A DNA stretch of 64,000 nt from Lama glama (lineage: Eukaryota), in contig CM052817.1 of the NCBI GenBank assembly GCA_028534125.1, forward strand, positions 88,972,001 to 89,036,000, in the 5' to 3' direction. Below the pieces are notes generated by a model. That model was not told the DNA's origin. It saw nothing but the letters and a program-made list of their open reading frames with translations, and did no database searches. Position numbers and translations under genes: made by a program. Position 1 is the first letter of the stretch. Each line of letters begins with the position of its first letter. Below, in pieces: positions 15,830 to 29,560 of this stretch.

Positions 15830-18520
15830 AGGCAATAGAAACAAATCTACAGGGGCGAAATGGACTCTTCAGGCCCAGACTTCAAAAGAAGACCCACTGT
15901 AAAGTAATAGAAATGTCTTAAGGCACATCAGAATGAAACTGTTGAAAAGTAAAAACATGGAGAAAATCTCATGAATAATCAGGAATTAAAACTAATTACT
16001 TTTATAGGGACAATAATTAGACTTCCAGCTGCCACACAAATAATAGTAATAGAAAAAAAAATGAAAGTTAGAATATAAAGGGATGATGCATTCAAAATCT
16101 AAAGAAATTACACTGCCAACTTTTAAATACAAACTCAGCACAAAATATTTTATGATAATGTAAGTGAAAAAAGTCAGTTTTAGGGAAAGAGAAGTTTAGA
16201 GAATTTGCACCAACAGGCACAGAAAAAAGAAATATTGAATGGTGTAACTTAAGAAAAAGAATATTCTCCAGATGGTAGCACAGAGAAGCAGAAAGAAATG
16301 AAGAGTTATAAGAGGTAAATATACAATCTAATCTAAGGGAATGTTAACTGGATGAAATAAGAAACACATATGTTTGAATTAAAATCACCAAAATAATTGC
16401 ATGTAATTTAAAAACTCTAGTAAATGGAATTTTTAAAAATCTATTAAAATTGTGTTTTTTAGGGAAACAATAAAAGAACAAAGTAAGATTATAATTTACT
16501 TAGCCAAGGAAGCATGATGCATTCTTTATAATAACATTAAAAAAAATTGAACACATATACACAACACTAAACTGCCAAGCTAATATGGGAGTAATATGGA
16601 ATAATAACATATATATTATTCCAAAAGAGAGAGGAAAAGAAATATTAAAAAGATAAGACAAATAAGTCACCTCTACTAAGTTGGTAGAATTACACTAATG
16701 TAAATCCAAAAGTATGTTCAATGCTATTTCACTGACTTATGCTAAAATTTAAAGAAAAATAATTGCCAGATGGAGTAAAAACTATATGGTATTTATAAGA
16801 AATAGCTATAAAATGTACGGACATAGAAAGTTTGAAAGTAGAATGATGGAACAAATAGACCACATGCAGTAGACAACCTCTGAAATAGCCCCCAGTGGTT
16901 CTCACTTCCTAGTATTCACAGAATTGTGCAGTACAGTACCATACTGAATAGAGCTGATCTGTGTTCTCTGTAGAATTCTGACTCAATGTCAGTGTGTCAG
17001 AGTCTAGATTATAAAATACATTGAGGTTTGTACATTACTTTCTTTACGAAACGCAGCCTTCATGTCATGAGTACACTTAAGCAACCTGTAGAAAGGCAAA
17101 CTTGAGCAGAAACAGAGGCCTCCAACGAGAGCCAGCACAGCATTCCAACCATGTTAAAGAATCACTTTTGAAAAATATTCTCCAGCCATAGTCAAACCTG
17201 CAGATAACTGTTGTCTCAGCTAACATCTTGCAACCTTTTGAGAGACACTCAAGTCAGAAATACCCAGCTAAGCTGCTCCCTTAGAGAAATTGCAAGAAAT
17301 AGTAAAGTACTATTGCTGTTTTAAGCCACTAAGTTTTGGAATAAGTTGTTGTGCAGTAACAGGTAACTGATAAATCATTTAGACAAAAAATAACGTAATA
17401 ACTACAACGAAACAACTAGTATAGCTGTGTTAATAACTGATCAGAAAGGCTTTAGCCAAAGAGCATTACTAGTGATAAACAGGGACATGGCATAATGATA
17501 AGATTATTCACCAAGAATATATGAAAATTCTCAATATTTATGCTTTCAGTAATACAGGTTTTAGATAAGGCAAAAAGGGACGGTGAGAAGAAATAAAGCT
17601 AGAAATTCATAACTAAAAGATATCTACAAAAATCCTGATATGTTTACAAACAGATGTAGAATGCATACTTAATATGTAACACAAATAATATTTAATATAA
17701 ATTATCATGTGCCTGTGAAGAAAACACCCTGAAAATTAGAATATAGCTTGGACTGGGTGGTAAGGAAAATATTACAAACCAAAACTGTATTAAGCAAATT
17801 AAGCCATTTAGGAGAGAAATTTATAGCCATGAATATATTATAATAGAAGAAAGGCACAATATCAAAAACCTAAGGATATATGTCTAAAAACTAGAAAAAG
17901 GTAGCACCACACGGAAAGTAGAAGAAAGGATAACAAAGATAACAAGAAAAATTAATGAAATAAAAAACAAACATAAAATAGATATAATCATTGAAGACAA
18001 AATTGGTTCTCCCTAAAGACTATTGAAATTTAACTCTTTGGTAATATTAATACAAATTTTAGAAATGAAGATTCAGTAATAATTGTCAGGAAAAAAGAGG
18101 GCATTATAATCCTGTAGACAATAAAATGGCAATAAATTAATATTATGAAAAGCATACCATCAAAAATGGAACATTAAAATTTCATGGAAAAATTGTTTGA
18201 AAAATTTAAAGTATTGAAACAAAATTAAATAAAGAATCTGTATATTTATTTAATTACTCAAGAAATTTGAAGGCTTCAATAAAACCTTTTCCCCAATGAA
18301 ACTATAGGCATTTATGGCTTCAACAGAGAATTCTAATAAAAATTTACAAAAAAATTTCAAAATTCAAAAATTCTTCCAAAAAACAGGAATAGTGATAATA
18401 CTATCAGCTCAATTACTTGTCAATGAATTCATGATACCAAAAGCTGAAAAGGACACTGGAAGAAGAAAAATGGCAAGCCAGTGTCATAAAGCTAAAAAAT
18501 ATTTTAATGAACTGAATTGA
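15830..18520 (+). mobile_element. Ancient L1 (L1ME/L1M-type): ORF1 end and ORF2 endonuclease/N-terminal half, degraded and interrupted by an MLT1 LTR
   Basis: Degenerate ORF2 motifs appear in order: LKVKGW-like (~16830), GVAILISD...ITRDKEGHYIMIK...ILNIYA-like (17420-17545), LRGKFIA-like (~17810), SWFF-like (~18005), GPDGFTGEFY-like (~18305-18335). Confidence 0.8.
16865..17374 (+). mobile_element. MLT1 (F/E-like) MaLR solo LTR
   Basis: Start tgcagtagacaacctctgaaatagcccccagtg; end tgttttaagccactaagttttgg...taactgata. Both are MLT1 termini. Confidence 0.8.
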
Positions 18521-18736
18521 AATTATTTTATATAAAATGGGCAATGAATTTTATTGAACTATTATATTTCTGCAAATAACTGATACTATCACATAGCTAT
18601 ACTCCTTTGTTCAATTTATGCATAAAATTAAGTTTGAAAGTTAAAACACTTTTCATCCCAGTCAACCCATGTCTAGAAAATCACAACTACAGTCCTTCTC
18701 AAGATAAGGCTATTTCTTTATTTAGCTATAGCTACA

Positions 18737-19015
18737 GTGATGGTAAAATTTTGTGTGTTGATCTGGCTAGGGTATAGTGTTTGATCTAATCATTTGGTCA
18801 AACACTAGTCTAGATTTTGCCACAAAGACCTTTTATAAATGTGATTAATATTTACAATCCATTGCCTTGAAGTATTCACATTCACTTCTTTATGTAAATG
18901 AATCTTGCCCAAACAGTTGAAGACATGAAGAATTAAAAATTTGTTTTCTGGGGAAAAATTTCTGCCTCAAGATTGTACCAGAGAAACCCTACCTCAATTT
19001 GCAACCTGCTGTTAT
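18737..19015 (+). mobile_element. MLT2D-like ERVL LTR fragment
   Basis: gtgatggtaaaattttgtgtg...ggctagggtatagt...tcaaacactagtctag...tctgcctcaagattg is colinear with the recalled MLT2D consensus. Confidence 0.75.
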
Positions 19016-19121
19016 CTTCTATAAATGATATAAATCATTATTCCTGCGCATTTCCTTTCTATCTGTTGTCAATCCAGAGCCAGTGCTACATATTTTAATT
19101 TTGAGCTCTAAGTTCCAATAT

Positions 19122-19570
19122 CTGTGTGAGTCAGTTATTGCCACAATACTGTTGTTTAGAAAGCCCCCTCAAATCTCAGTGACTTACAATAACAAACATT
19201 ATCCCATGCAAGTTCTGCAGGGTAGGTGACTGTAGTTCAGCCAATTTATTGGTTAGATGTATGTGCTTCAGTCTGCAGCCTGGTTTTTCTTTCTTCAGAG
19301 CTGCAGATTGAGTTCACACCTGTTCGACTTTATAGCCCAGGTTTAAGGGGAAGCAGCTCTTGGGGTCTGCTATTCTCATGGCAGATCACCCAAGTTCCAA
19401 GAACAAACACTGCTGTGCAAGCATCTTTTAGACTTCTGCTCAAATTACACCTGGTTGTATTGTAGAGGACTATTCAAATCACTTTGCCAAGCCGAACATC
19501 AGTCAGGCAGAGCGATACATCCTCCCCACAATGTGAGGCAAAAGAAGTGGGCCAGACATAATCCACGTCT
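19122..19570 (-). mobile_element. MLT1 (J/K-like) MaLR LTR
   Basis: agtcagttattgccacaata...aaatctcagtgacttacaataacaaacatt is a reverse MLT1 3' end; MLT-internal-like sequence lies to its left (~19030-19120). Confidence 0.65.
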
Positions 19571-20594
19571 TCAGAGAAAATGTTAGAATTCTGCTTTCCA
19601 TCAGGAATATGAGGAGCTATTCACTGAGTTTAGTCTTTCTATAGATTCAAACAAGAACTTTCTTTGTCTAGAGTCACCATCTAAACTGCCCCCAGCAGGT
19701 ACTGTGCCAGGGAAGTATCTCCCAAGCTCCACCCTTCCAGCTTGAGACTCTGTGTTTCACTCCCTTAGTGCTGCCTGTCAAGTTGTGAAATAGAGACAAA
19801 ATCCCCAAATCAAAAATAATTAATTAAATATCCAAGATAAATATGCCAAAAAAATTAAAAATAGTTTTATATATTTTAGTTCTTTTTTAAAATTCAACTT
19901 GCATGATCACTTGTTACCAGGGAAATTTTGACCTAGTGTTTAATTTTATAATAGCATACAATCACATGATATAGATCACTCTTTAGAAATTTTCCTTTTT
20001 ATTTTACTTGATTTGGTAAGCATTGAATTTTATATTTACAGTTGCATATCTCATGCATGTATTTAATGTCAATGTCACAATAAAACTTCAATTAGACTGA
20101 AGTTTTAGAGCTCATTCACCCTCAGATATGATATATGGAAAGCAAAGAATTTATATTTGAGCAAAATATGATGCTCTGGAAAAAATTTTAAAGGCTCAAG
20201 AAAGCATGAACATAATTTTATGAGCATTGTTATTGGTAGCCCTGTTTTTTATGTTTTGAAAAAATGTATTTTAGTTGTAAATGATTAATTTATGAGATTT
20301 TTGTTCTGATTAGGTTTTTAGGAGTTAATAAAATTGGTATTTCAGTGTGTTCCCTGCTAATGTCTTCTGTGGTTGTTATAAGAAAATTCACCTCAGATAC
20401 TTTACTAAATCAAGTAAGAAGCTATCAGATATAAATATTGTACTGAATTTGTTTTATCATTTAAATTATAACAGACTTTTATAAAGGAGAAAAAGTATAT
20501 TATATTGATGTGTCCATGTAATTAACATCAGTATAAACATCCTTAACTGAGATTTTAATGTTTTTCTGTAATTTCTTTTTCACTAGAAGAAAAT

Positions 20595-20765
20595 GTTAAT
20601 GGGTGTAGAGCTACAGTTTTACAAAGTGAAGAGAATTATGGTGATGGGTGGTGGTGATAGTTGCACAAAAACATGAATGCATTTATTTCACTGTACACTT
20701 AAAAGGGTTAAGATGATAAAAAAAAATTTATGTGTATTTTAACACAACTAAAAAGGAAAGAAAAA
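20595..20765 (+). mobile_element. L1MB-type 3' end fragment
   Basis: ttaatgggtgtagag...ggtggtgatagttgcacaa...tgtacacttaaaagggttaagatg...tgtattttaacacaa followed by an A-rich tail. Confidence 0.75.
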
Positions 20766-21139
20766 GCCTACATATAACTATTGTATTAGGAATTTTTTGG
20801 TTGAAAATTTTAGATACCTTACTCTAATTGGCTAGAACCCAAGGGGAATTGATTTGCTTACATAACTATAAAGGTTACCCAACTGAATAGATTCACTCTA
20901 ACCTTTGACAGATCCAAATGAAGGATGGCATCAGAAGACTTTCCCTTTTAATCTCCCCAACATTCAGCCCTGCTTTCCTTTAGAGTAGCTTTATTTGAAA
21001 CAAGCCTTCTTCAGCTTGTGACCAAGAGCTCTAGCTTAGAAATGGCAGAAGAAAATACCTTCTTTCTCCAAATACTTTCAGCAAATACCTTGGCTATGGC
21101 TCTGTTTAGCAAGGTATTTGTAACGTGTTCAGCCATGAT

Positions 21140-21355
21140 CAGTTCGCCAGGCTCAGTTCTCAGTATTTCACATACACTAAAGTGCTCAATACTCACAACA
21201 ACCCTGTGAATTAAATACTATCATTATCTCCAATTTAACACATGAAAAACTGAGACAGTGGGAGTTTGAGTATCTAATTTAAGGTCACCCACCAGTAAGA
21301 ACCGTGACTCATTCCCAGACAGCCTGACAGCCCACACCTTACCCATCAAGCTGTA
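21140..21355 (-). mobile_element. MIR SINE
   Basis: ctcacaacaaccctgtga...attatctccaatttaacacatgaaaaactgagac...aaggtcacc matches the reverse MIR core. Confidence 0.75.
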
Positions 21356-23672
21356 AGCAATTAGTTAAATATAAGAAAAAAATTTTTTACTTCAAACACT
21401 AAAAATAAATATATTAACTAAACAAAACAGAGCACCTGGTATGTATGTTGACAACAAAAGATAGTGTACTAAATCAGTTAATGAATTGAGTATCTGTAAT
21501 AATTCTATGCCTTATTTTATTACTAATAGTTACAGTTTTGCTGTAAACAGTTTTAAAATTTCCTTTTCATATCCTGTATTTCTAGTGGCAGCTCTGCTGT
21601 CACTCATGGATTGTAATTGCTTGGATTTAAAATATTTCTAGGGGTCATAGTAAATTAGAATTAACCCTCATAGTAGAGCCTGTTAATAGGTAGGTTATCT
21701 CTGCAGAAACTAGTTCAATCAATTGATGTGTGTGTCTGCATGTGTGTGTTACAAAAGTATTAGTAATCATATATAGGTTATTCTGATTTTAGGTCTCACA
21801 GACCTTGAGGTACCCTTCAGCATTCATTTTATTTTAAAACAAACAAACAAACACACAGCTTAGGAACATGTCTTTGGAAGCCCCACATGCTGAAGTAAGC
21901 TATGCCATCTGTGTGGAGTAAGCATATTCTCTCAGTTCCAAGAACATTCCTGCTTACACTTGTCCGAATATTAATGACATCAAACTGTGACATGTCCCTT
22001 GTTGGGTCTGATTTTATAGCATTTCCTATTTCAACAAATATCAGGACAAGGATATGTTTTAATCGTCTTTTCATAGTTCATGGCATGTAACATTAAACAG
22101 TGCAGTGAAGCATAACTATTTTCATACTCCACTGATACAAAAAATTCTAAAAAATTTTAATAAGCAAGTTACATGACACCTAACAATTAATTAGGCAGAA
22201 GGAACATGTCAGATTTCTAGTGGCATTGTGTGAAAACTAAAATTTTTATAAAAAGAGACATTAAAGAAAAAGCCATTGTCCGTTCTATCCCAGTACTTTG
22301 TAAGCTCACACATCAGCTGTACATTATTTTTGAAGTGTTATTTTAAATTTGTTTCAAGTAATAATTTATTTCATGAAGTTTTCTCAAGTTACCTAATATA
22401 CATGTATATGAGCACACGTTTATAAATATAATTATTTCCCCAATTCCTCTTTGATAAGATTAAATTATAGAAATTGTGTTCCTCTTTTTAATTCTCTTTT
22501 ATATTATTAGAGATCCTTACAATAATGAAAATACAAAATATAATTATTTTGGTCTTATGACTACCGTAGGTTTCAAAATTATTACAAATTACCATTCACC
22601 AAAATTCCTGTCATGCAAATGATTATTTTTTATAGAAATAATTACCAGAGGGGAAAATATGCTTGAGGGCTCAAAATACATTTCTCAGTATACGTGGAAT
22701 TAAAATACTTGAGACCTGTAGGTTCAGTGTAAAAAATGTATTCTAATCTCGTAATACTTTAAATAACTCTTAACATATAGGTAATTGTCTTGTCATATCA
22801 CTAATGTCCAAATGCTTGCTATTGAAAATATGACAAATTCCTTACAAATTATACTTTGTGCATTTCTGTTTTCAAAGGTAAGTAATTACTTCATGTAAGG
22901 TACTTCTTTATCAAAGTCACTAACAGCTGAGAGAAAAAATGTGTTGTACATTGATTAAAATATCTGAATTTCTAAAAATATATTTCAGGTCAGGCTGGAC
23001 ACAGAGCAATGTATCATTTTTGTGATATCAATTGTAAATAGTTACAAATAAAGATTAGAAAATTAATTTATCATGACAGACATTTGAGTAAAATTTGACT
23101 CCTATAGGTATAAAAGGCAAAATTAAATAATACGTTTTCCTAGAAGAAAAATAAATAAAAGCTTATTTCATATTTTTGAATTTTATTTTCAGAGGCTTAT
23201 ACCTGAATGAATAACCACAGACAATAGATCTAATCAGAAAATATTTAAGACAAAAAAATGAAGCTATTGTGGTGATTACTTCACTCTTCGTCAGTCACTC
23301 CTCAATTAAATCTTTAAAGAGTCTTTAAAAATTTCCAGGTCTCTTGTGTTTAAAAAAGAACTTATTGACAAGTCTAAAACAAATTGTCTCTCTCCAGTTC
23401 CTGTTAAGTCTCCTTAGACCTGACCTTTCTTCAGAGTGAAACTTCTTCACAAGTTTACTTCATATTTACCATTAACTCCTCTTCCACTCCTTCCCCAGCC
23501 ACTTGAATCTACTTTGCACCCACATAATCTGTCAGATCAGCAAAATTTATCAGTGATATTTGCATAATTAAATGAGAATTATTTGTCAATTTCAGCCATC
23601 TTTGTCTGCTAAGTAATTTGCAAAGCTATTAGTTTATTCTTTAAATGTGCTTTGGCTTTTATGGTACTATAA

Positions 23673-23790
23673 TGTATTTGTTCTCTATTCTACATAATAA
23701 ATTACCACAAATTTAGCAGCTTGAAACAATGACTGTTTCTTACCTCAGTTTCTATAGATCAGGATTCTGGGCAGGATTTAGCTGAGTTTT
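23673..23790 (-). mobile_element. MLT1 LTR 3'-end fragment
   Basis: tgtatttgttctctatt...aaattaccacaaatttagcagcttgaaacaa...tcagtttct...tcagga is a reverse MLT1 terminus. Confidence 0.65.
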
Positions 23791-23800
23791 GTACATATTC

Positions 23801-24335
23801 TGTACAGAATAATGGCCCTCCAAAGTTGACCATATCCCAGTCGCCAGTACCTATGAATGATAAGAGACCTTGCAGATGTGATTGATTTAAGGGCCTTGAG
23901 ATGGTAACATTAAGCTGGATTATCTGGCTGGCCTTATATAATCAAAAGAGTCCTTCTAAAAGAAAGGAAGGAGGGTCAGAGAGAATGAGATGTGACAACA
24001 GAAATAAAAGTGAGAGAGAGTGTGTGATGGGAGAAGAGGAGAGAAAGAAATATATTAAAGGTGCTGTGCTGCTGGCCTTGAAGATGGAGGAAGGATCCCA
24101 AGGAATGTAGGTAACCTCTAGGAGCTTAAAAAGGCAAGTAAACAGGTACTCTTTTGAGCCTCCAGATGGAGTGCAGTACTGCTGACACCTTGGTTTTAGG
24201 AATTCTGACGTCTATACCTATAAGGTAATAAATTGGTATTGTTTTAAGCCACTAAATTGTTAATTTGTTCCAGAAGCAATAGGAAACTCATACAGACTTT
24301 GGACCCGGATGTGGATTGCCATTGTAACAAATACT
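23801..24335 (+). mobile_element. MLT1D LTR (23801-24294) plus ~40 bp of MLT1 internal sequence
   Basis: cagaataatggccc...gcagatgtgatt...ttgagatgg...gagcctccaga...gacaccttggtttt...gttttaagccactaa...gcaataggaaactcataca, followed by gactttggacc...tgtaacaaatac (internal-start-like). Confidence 0.85.
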
Positions 24336-24344
24336 GTTTCAACA

Positions 24345-24473
24345 TAAGAAATATAAGGAAAAATAATAAATTTATGTTGGCACATTAGATAACCTAGATT
24401 GGGACACATTTCTAAAAAGGTATGAATTACCAAATTGACTTAAAAAAAATACAGAGACATGCACAGCACCTAT
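24345..24473 (+). mobile_element. L1 ORF2 fragment
   Basis: ttagataacctagat...acatttcta...aattaccaaattgact resembles ORF2 LDNLDEMDKFL...LPKLT. Confidence 0.6.
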
Positions 24474-26129
24474 AAAGAACTTATTGACAAGTATCAAAGA
24501 AGGCAATTTGTTTAGCATTTGTTCGATACTGGAAACTTCTTTTAGAACATTTCTTATAAAATTGATTTATTGAGCAATATAAATTCAGTGGGAAATAAAT
24601 TCTAAATAATGTATTTTTTAATCAAATATTACCTTAAATGTTCTGTAATAGCTCCTTTTCAAAACCCCGAAAGAGATTTTTAGGAGATTCCAATGATTTC
24701 TGGTCACTTAGTTTTTAAGCCTCAGTTGAATTTAAACACAAATCCTTACACTTGATGATTTGCTTCTGATTTTCTCCCGTCTCCAAGAGCAGGTTTAAGT
24801 CCTAGTCCCGTAGACCTGAAGTGGGAATAGTGATTAGACTTCTCTTTTGCTCTTTGTTTCTAACACTTCGAAACAAAGTACAAGGAGAAGGTTTGGTTCA
24901 GAGTATCTCCTTGCCTTTCCACTTCTGCATCTCACGCTTCTGGTATTGGGAGGTTGGAGAGAGGCAGTTGGCAGAGAGGAAGCAGAGGTAACTGGTTCAC
25001 TGTTATAAATGAATGAGAAACATTTCTGATTTTGTTCTGGCTCTGTCTGCTGCTATCTTCTATCTATAAAAATGGTAAGTGTGATTGCCTTAAGTTTTGA
25101 TTTATGCCAGCTATTTCCATCACTAAGAATACTGGGCCACAAGGCCTTCCTTGGTGGAGAGAAGCCTCGCCTAACCCTGCCGTTAACCCAGTAGCTCTAT
25201 GACACTTACCTCCTGTGAAAGTGACAGTCACCATTTAGGTTGTCCTCAGTGCCTGTTAAGATCTGCAGGAAATTAAGATGTGGTTCCATCGACTCTCTTT
25301 TTGGCAATCTATTCAGAGAATCCTTAGTACCTCTCTGCCCTGCAGAGGCTTCTCTGACCTTAAGAAATTATATAGGACACAGATAGTTTTTTTTCTTTTC
25401 TCATAAGCCATAAACTTCCAGGGACAAACTCCAGCCTCTTTCAGTAATTCTCTCAATGTACTCTGGTCTAAGGCCACAGAAAGGTGGACTCACTGGGTTC
25501 AGGAGTTCAAGAAAAGTTGAACTGTGGAACGGAGGCCAGGCACTGCCAACCTCCAGAAGGCTTTGCTCAGAGTCCATCTCACTATGCTGGAGGTGGGGTG
25601 GGGCATAAGGTATTGGCCACGGCTCAGCAAAAGTATAAGACAAAGTATTTTCCCTGATGACTTCCATCCCCTCTTCTCAATCCTTCCTTGTTTTGACTAT
25701 GGGTGTTACAAAGCACAGGTGGTTTTACCAGTAAGCTCTGCCTCTTTGCTTTCCATTTTAACAGGCCTGCAGGATGGGAGACACTCGGTACAATTACTGG
25801 AATCTCTAAAACCAGATACTGTCAAATCTGCTATAGGTCCTGTACCCACAATAGAACAACAGTGAATGTTGCATTCTAGATAGAGCCTGATAGTTAATCA
25901 TTGTATAAAATAATCTTTTCAAAAAACTTTATAACTTCAATATTACAAACAATCCTCCCTTATGCTGCATTATACAGATAAGGTTTATGAAAGTTAAGTT
26001 GCCTAAGGTGACATAATTTTAAGTAGCTACATAAAGCGTATATCTGTTTGGCTCCAAACTCAAACTCTAAATCACTACAGTAAACTGAAAAATGAACAAA
26101 AGAATATGAAAATTGCCAGTCCATATTTG

Positions 26130-26520
26130 TAATACAGCAAGCTCAGTGATAATGAGAGGAATAAAATTTAAAACTGGGAGATGCATTTTTATTTATATAC
26201 CTGAAAGATTTTTATAATAAATGAATATCCAATGTTGACATTATACACTTACATAAGTATTCCTATAAAATATTTGGAGCCTTATAAATTCTCAAAACTT
26301 CTTTGAAAGCAATTTAGCAATGTGTATCAGAAGTCTCAAACAGGTTCTTGTCTTTTAATCCAGTAATTATCCTACTTATGATAGTTTTAACAACATTTTA
26401 AAAAGATATAACACTATGTAGGCATTCATTGTAGCATTATACATAGCAATGAAAACATAAATTTTAAGAATGAACAATCATTAAACATATTATGAAATGT
26501 ACTATTAATATATAGTGATT
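26130..26520 (+). mobile_element. Ancient L1ME-type ORF2 3' region
   Basis: ttctttgaaagcaatttagcaatgtgtatca...cttttaatccagtaatt...attcattgtagcatta are typical L1ME 3' motifs. Confidence 0.55.
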
Positions 26521-29065
26521 AAAATGATGTCCATCTATATCATGTTTTATTATTTCAGTTATGTAAAAGTTCAAAAAATAATGGACAGAAATTTACCATG
26601 GTGTGCACATTTGTTTCTGAAGGATGGAAAACATTCTTTTCTCCATATAATTGTGTGCATTTCTCACATATGCTCCAAAAATGGATATATCCTTTTCTTT
26701 TTGCAAGAATGTAGAAAACAGATTAAATAGCACAGATTGGGAAAGAATAGTTACTTCTTACACTACAGAAGTTAAAAGCAAGACTATTAAACTTACACAG
26801 AAGTTCCAGCAGAAGCTGGAAGTGTTAGAAAAGATAATTATCTATACAGCCATGTTACAATGACAATCTTGCAAAAGTTGCATTTTTTTGTCTACTGTTT
26901 TTATTCCTTCTCCAATTCATCTTGATACCAAATTCAGAATGAGAGTATTGACTCATTTATATTAAAAGAATGTTTGAAAAAAGATGTAAAGTTTCTACAA
27001 AGACTAGATGGAGCAATTATTGTGATAAGCAAAACTAAATACAGTATTTAATTAAATGTTAGTGCATGAAATAAATAGTAGACAAGAAAATAAGTATGTT
27101 TTGATTATATAAGTATTAATATCTGTTAGGGAGAGTTTCCCATCACATTTCCTTCAAATGAGTTATTCATTGATTTTGTTACTTGAATTATTTTATGTTA
27201 ACCAATCCTGCTTGGCATTGTATAAGTCTCTTTAAAGACATGTTTATTTTTTAAAAGATCTTTTTATTATTCCTTTATCTTGTATTTTCCTCCAGTCTCT
27301 CTATTTTCTCAGTCTAAAACTTCTACTATGTGGAATTCTAGAATATTCACCAGTTTGGTGGAATTAGTTTTTTTTTTTTAACTTTTATATTTCATCACTC
27401 TAACATTTGTCACTGGATTCTTAGACTTTCTTAGCTTGAAAATCCATCTTAATAATTGAATTTTTAATTATTTTAATTCATACGTTCAGCCAATTACACA
27501 TTAATTTATTTGTATCATGTTTTTATTTCCAGATGTGCTCATCTTTTTGTGATTATTGGTGTATTACATAACAATCTTTACTTATTTTGTAGGTATGATA
27601 CACTGTCCAATCTCTGAAAATATTATTTGCTTTGAACATCATCTTCTCTTTGTATTGTTAGATCTCTTATATCAGGTCTGTTCTTTTGTTTCTTGAGTTT
27701 GGTGCCTCTTTCTTACTGTTTACATCTACTTTAAAATTTTAATGTCATGTAGTACTACTTAAAATAAAATGTTATGTTGTTACTGTCTGTTTGTGTTGGT
27801 ATTTAGCAAGCATTTAGCCATCCATTTAGCAATAAGTACTGACTACTTTATGTTTCAGCTGGATACAACTAGTGATAAACATGGAAAAGTTTGTCTTTTG
27901 GAGACACAGTACAAAGGGAGGGAAGGGAAGTAGGGAAACCAATGAAAAGAAGTATTTAAATAAATTTAAAATATAAATTTCACCTTGTTAGATATGCATT
28001 TAATAAAACAAACAGCTTGATCTATTAGAAAGTTACTAGCAATGATCCTTTTTTTGATAGAGTAATTTTCTGGTCATCTCATTATTGTAGACATCAAGTT
28101 TGCCTGGATTCACTTTCTCTTTCTCATAGTTTTTCTCCATTTTAATGATCTACAGCTAGAATGTCATCATCTTCTTAAATTGTGGAGTCTTCGCACTCAT
28201 GGGCTTGCCCAGTGAAGGCATTACTCTACTATTCTAAGCCTCATATTCATTATTTCTGCATAAGCAAAGGTCATCGTTGACCACTGCTGGAGCAATTAAA
28301 TTTCTTCCATGTTAAATTATCAACACTCATGACAGCAGTGCATGTTCAGTCTGTGGTTTCTTTTGCTAATCAGATTATTTCTGCCTTCTTTTTTTCAGAG
28401 ATATATCATAGTTTCTGATCCAATAATAGGCCTTCTTTTTTTCAGCAGTCATGAATTCTCTCTAAGTACACGTGACCTTCGTTTCTATGCATTTGAGGTC
28501 AGAAAGGAAGGCTACACAGTATACAATTGTTACACTTAAACTTCTATCTTGACACAATGCCCTTTCATGACATGCTTTATTTTATGTGTCTTTGCTTGCG
28601 TAAGTTGAAGCAAGTTTATCACTAGTTAAGAACAATACAAGAAACCTAGTGTGTCAAAACTCACATTCTCCTTCTTGGAGGTGACTGCAGTATAGACAGT
28701 AAACTGAGCTAGGATGTCCTACCATTAAAAAAAAAATCCTCTGCACATTCAACTATGTCCAAAAAGTTTAGCTAATTACCTTTATCTCCTTACTCTAGTC
28801 TTAATATTGATATCCTAGTATCTCTTCATTGATAGCCTCATTTTTTTTCTTTTTACCATTGATCTGAACTTATGTGGAATACAGAGTTTACCACCAGACA
28901 CGCTGCATTCATCAGGCTGCTGTGCAGATGTGCCTCTCCTGTGTGACCCATAGAACATATGTATTTGTCTCTTTTTATTGGATGGCAAACACTGATATCC
29001 GGGATCATGCATTTCTGGTCCAAATTATGCCTTCCTAGTGCCTAGCACAGTGCCTAGTCAAGAAC

Positions 29066-29560
29066 TGTAAAGGATCTGAGATTGTATCTTGTTTGCATGC
29101 TTATAAGTTAGCTTGCCATATTTTATAGATACAGGCAGAAGACATAAGAATTCTGAGTCAGATCAAGAACTTTATTACCTGTGGCACTACCAGTTGTATG
29201 AGCTTCATGTTTTCCCTGGTTCTCCATGAGGCTCCCATGAGGGTGATACAGGTGGACCTAGAATATTATTGTTCAAGCAGTAGTTTTATGTCCCAGCTGA
29301 GGAACTTCAAGCTTAGGAAATCACAGTTTTTCATAGTAGGTCACAATAACACCACCCCGTATTTGTCACAAAGAGAGATGTTTTCTTTATTATACAACAC
29401 ACAAATCTGCTCTTTGTTCTATATGAAAACAATATATCTTCCAAGGATGTTTGCTATACAAATATCCTTGAAATGATAGTCTAGAGCAAAAAGTTGTCAG
29501 TACATCTGATTGTAATATGTTTAGAAATGAGAGAGATGCATAGAGAATTGCCTCCCAACA
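29066..29560 (-). mobile_element. ERVL-class solo LTR (LTR47/MER76-like), apparently inserted into an L2 3' end
   Basis: TG...CA termini (tgtaaaggatctgagatt...attgcctcccaaca); the reverse strand starts TGTTGGGAGGCAATTCTC. Left flank cctagtgcctagcacagtgcct is the L2 tail motif. Subfamily uncertain. Confidence 0.7.

Noticed and set aside
25401..25865. Overlapping 88- and 113-aa ORFs in a GC-richer block
   Set aside because: No recognisable domain or splice pattern; the block is more likely an old LTR-type repeat that I cannot assign.
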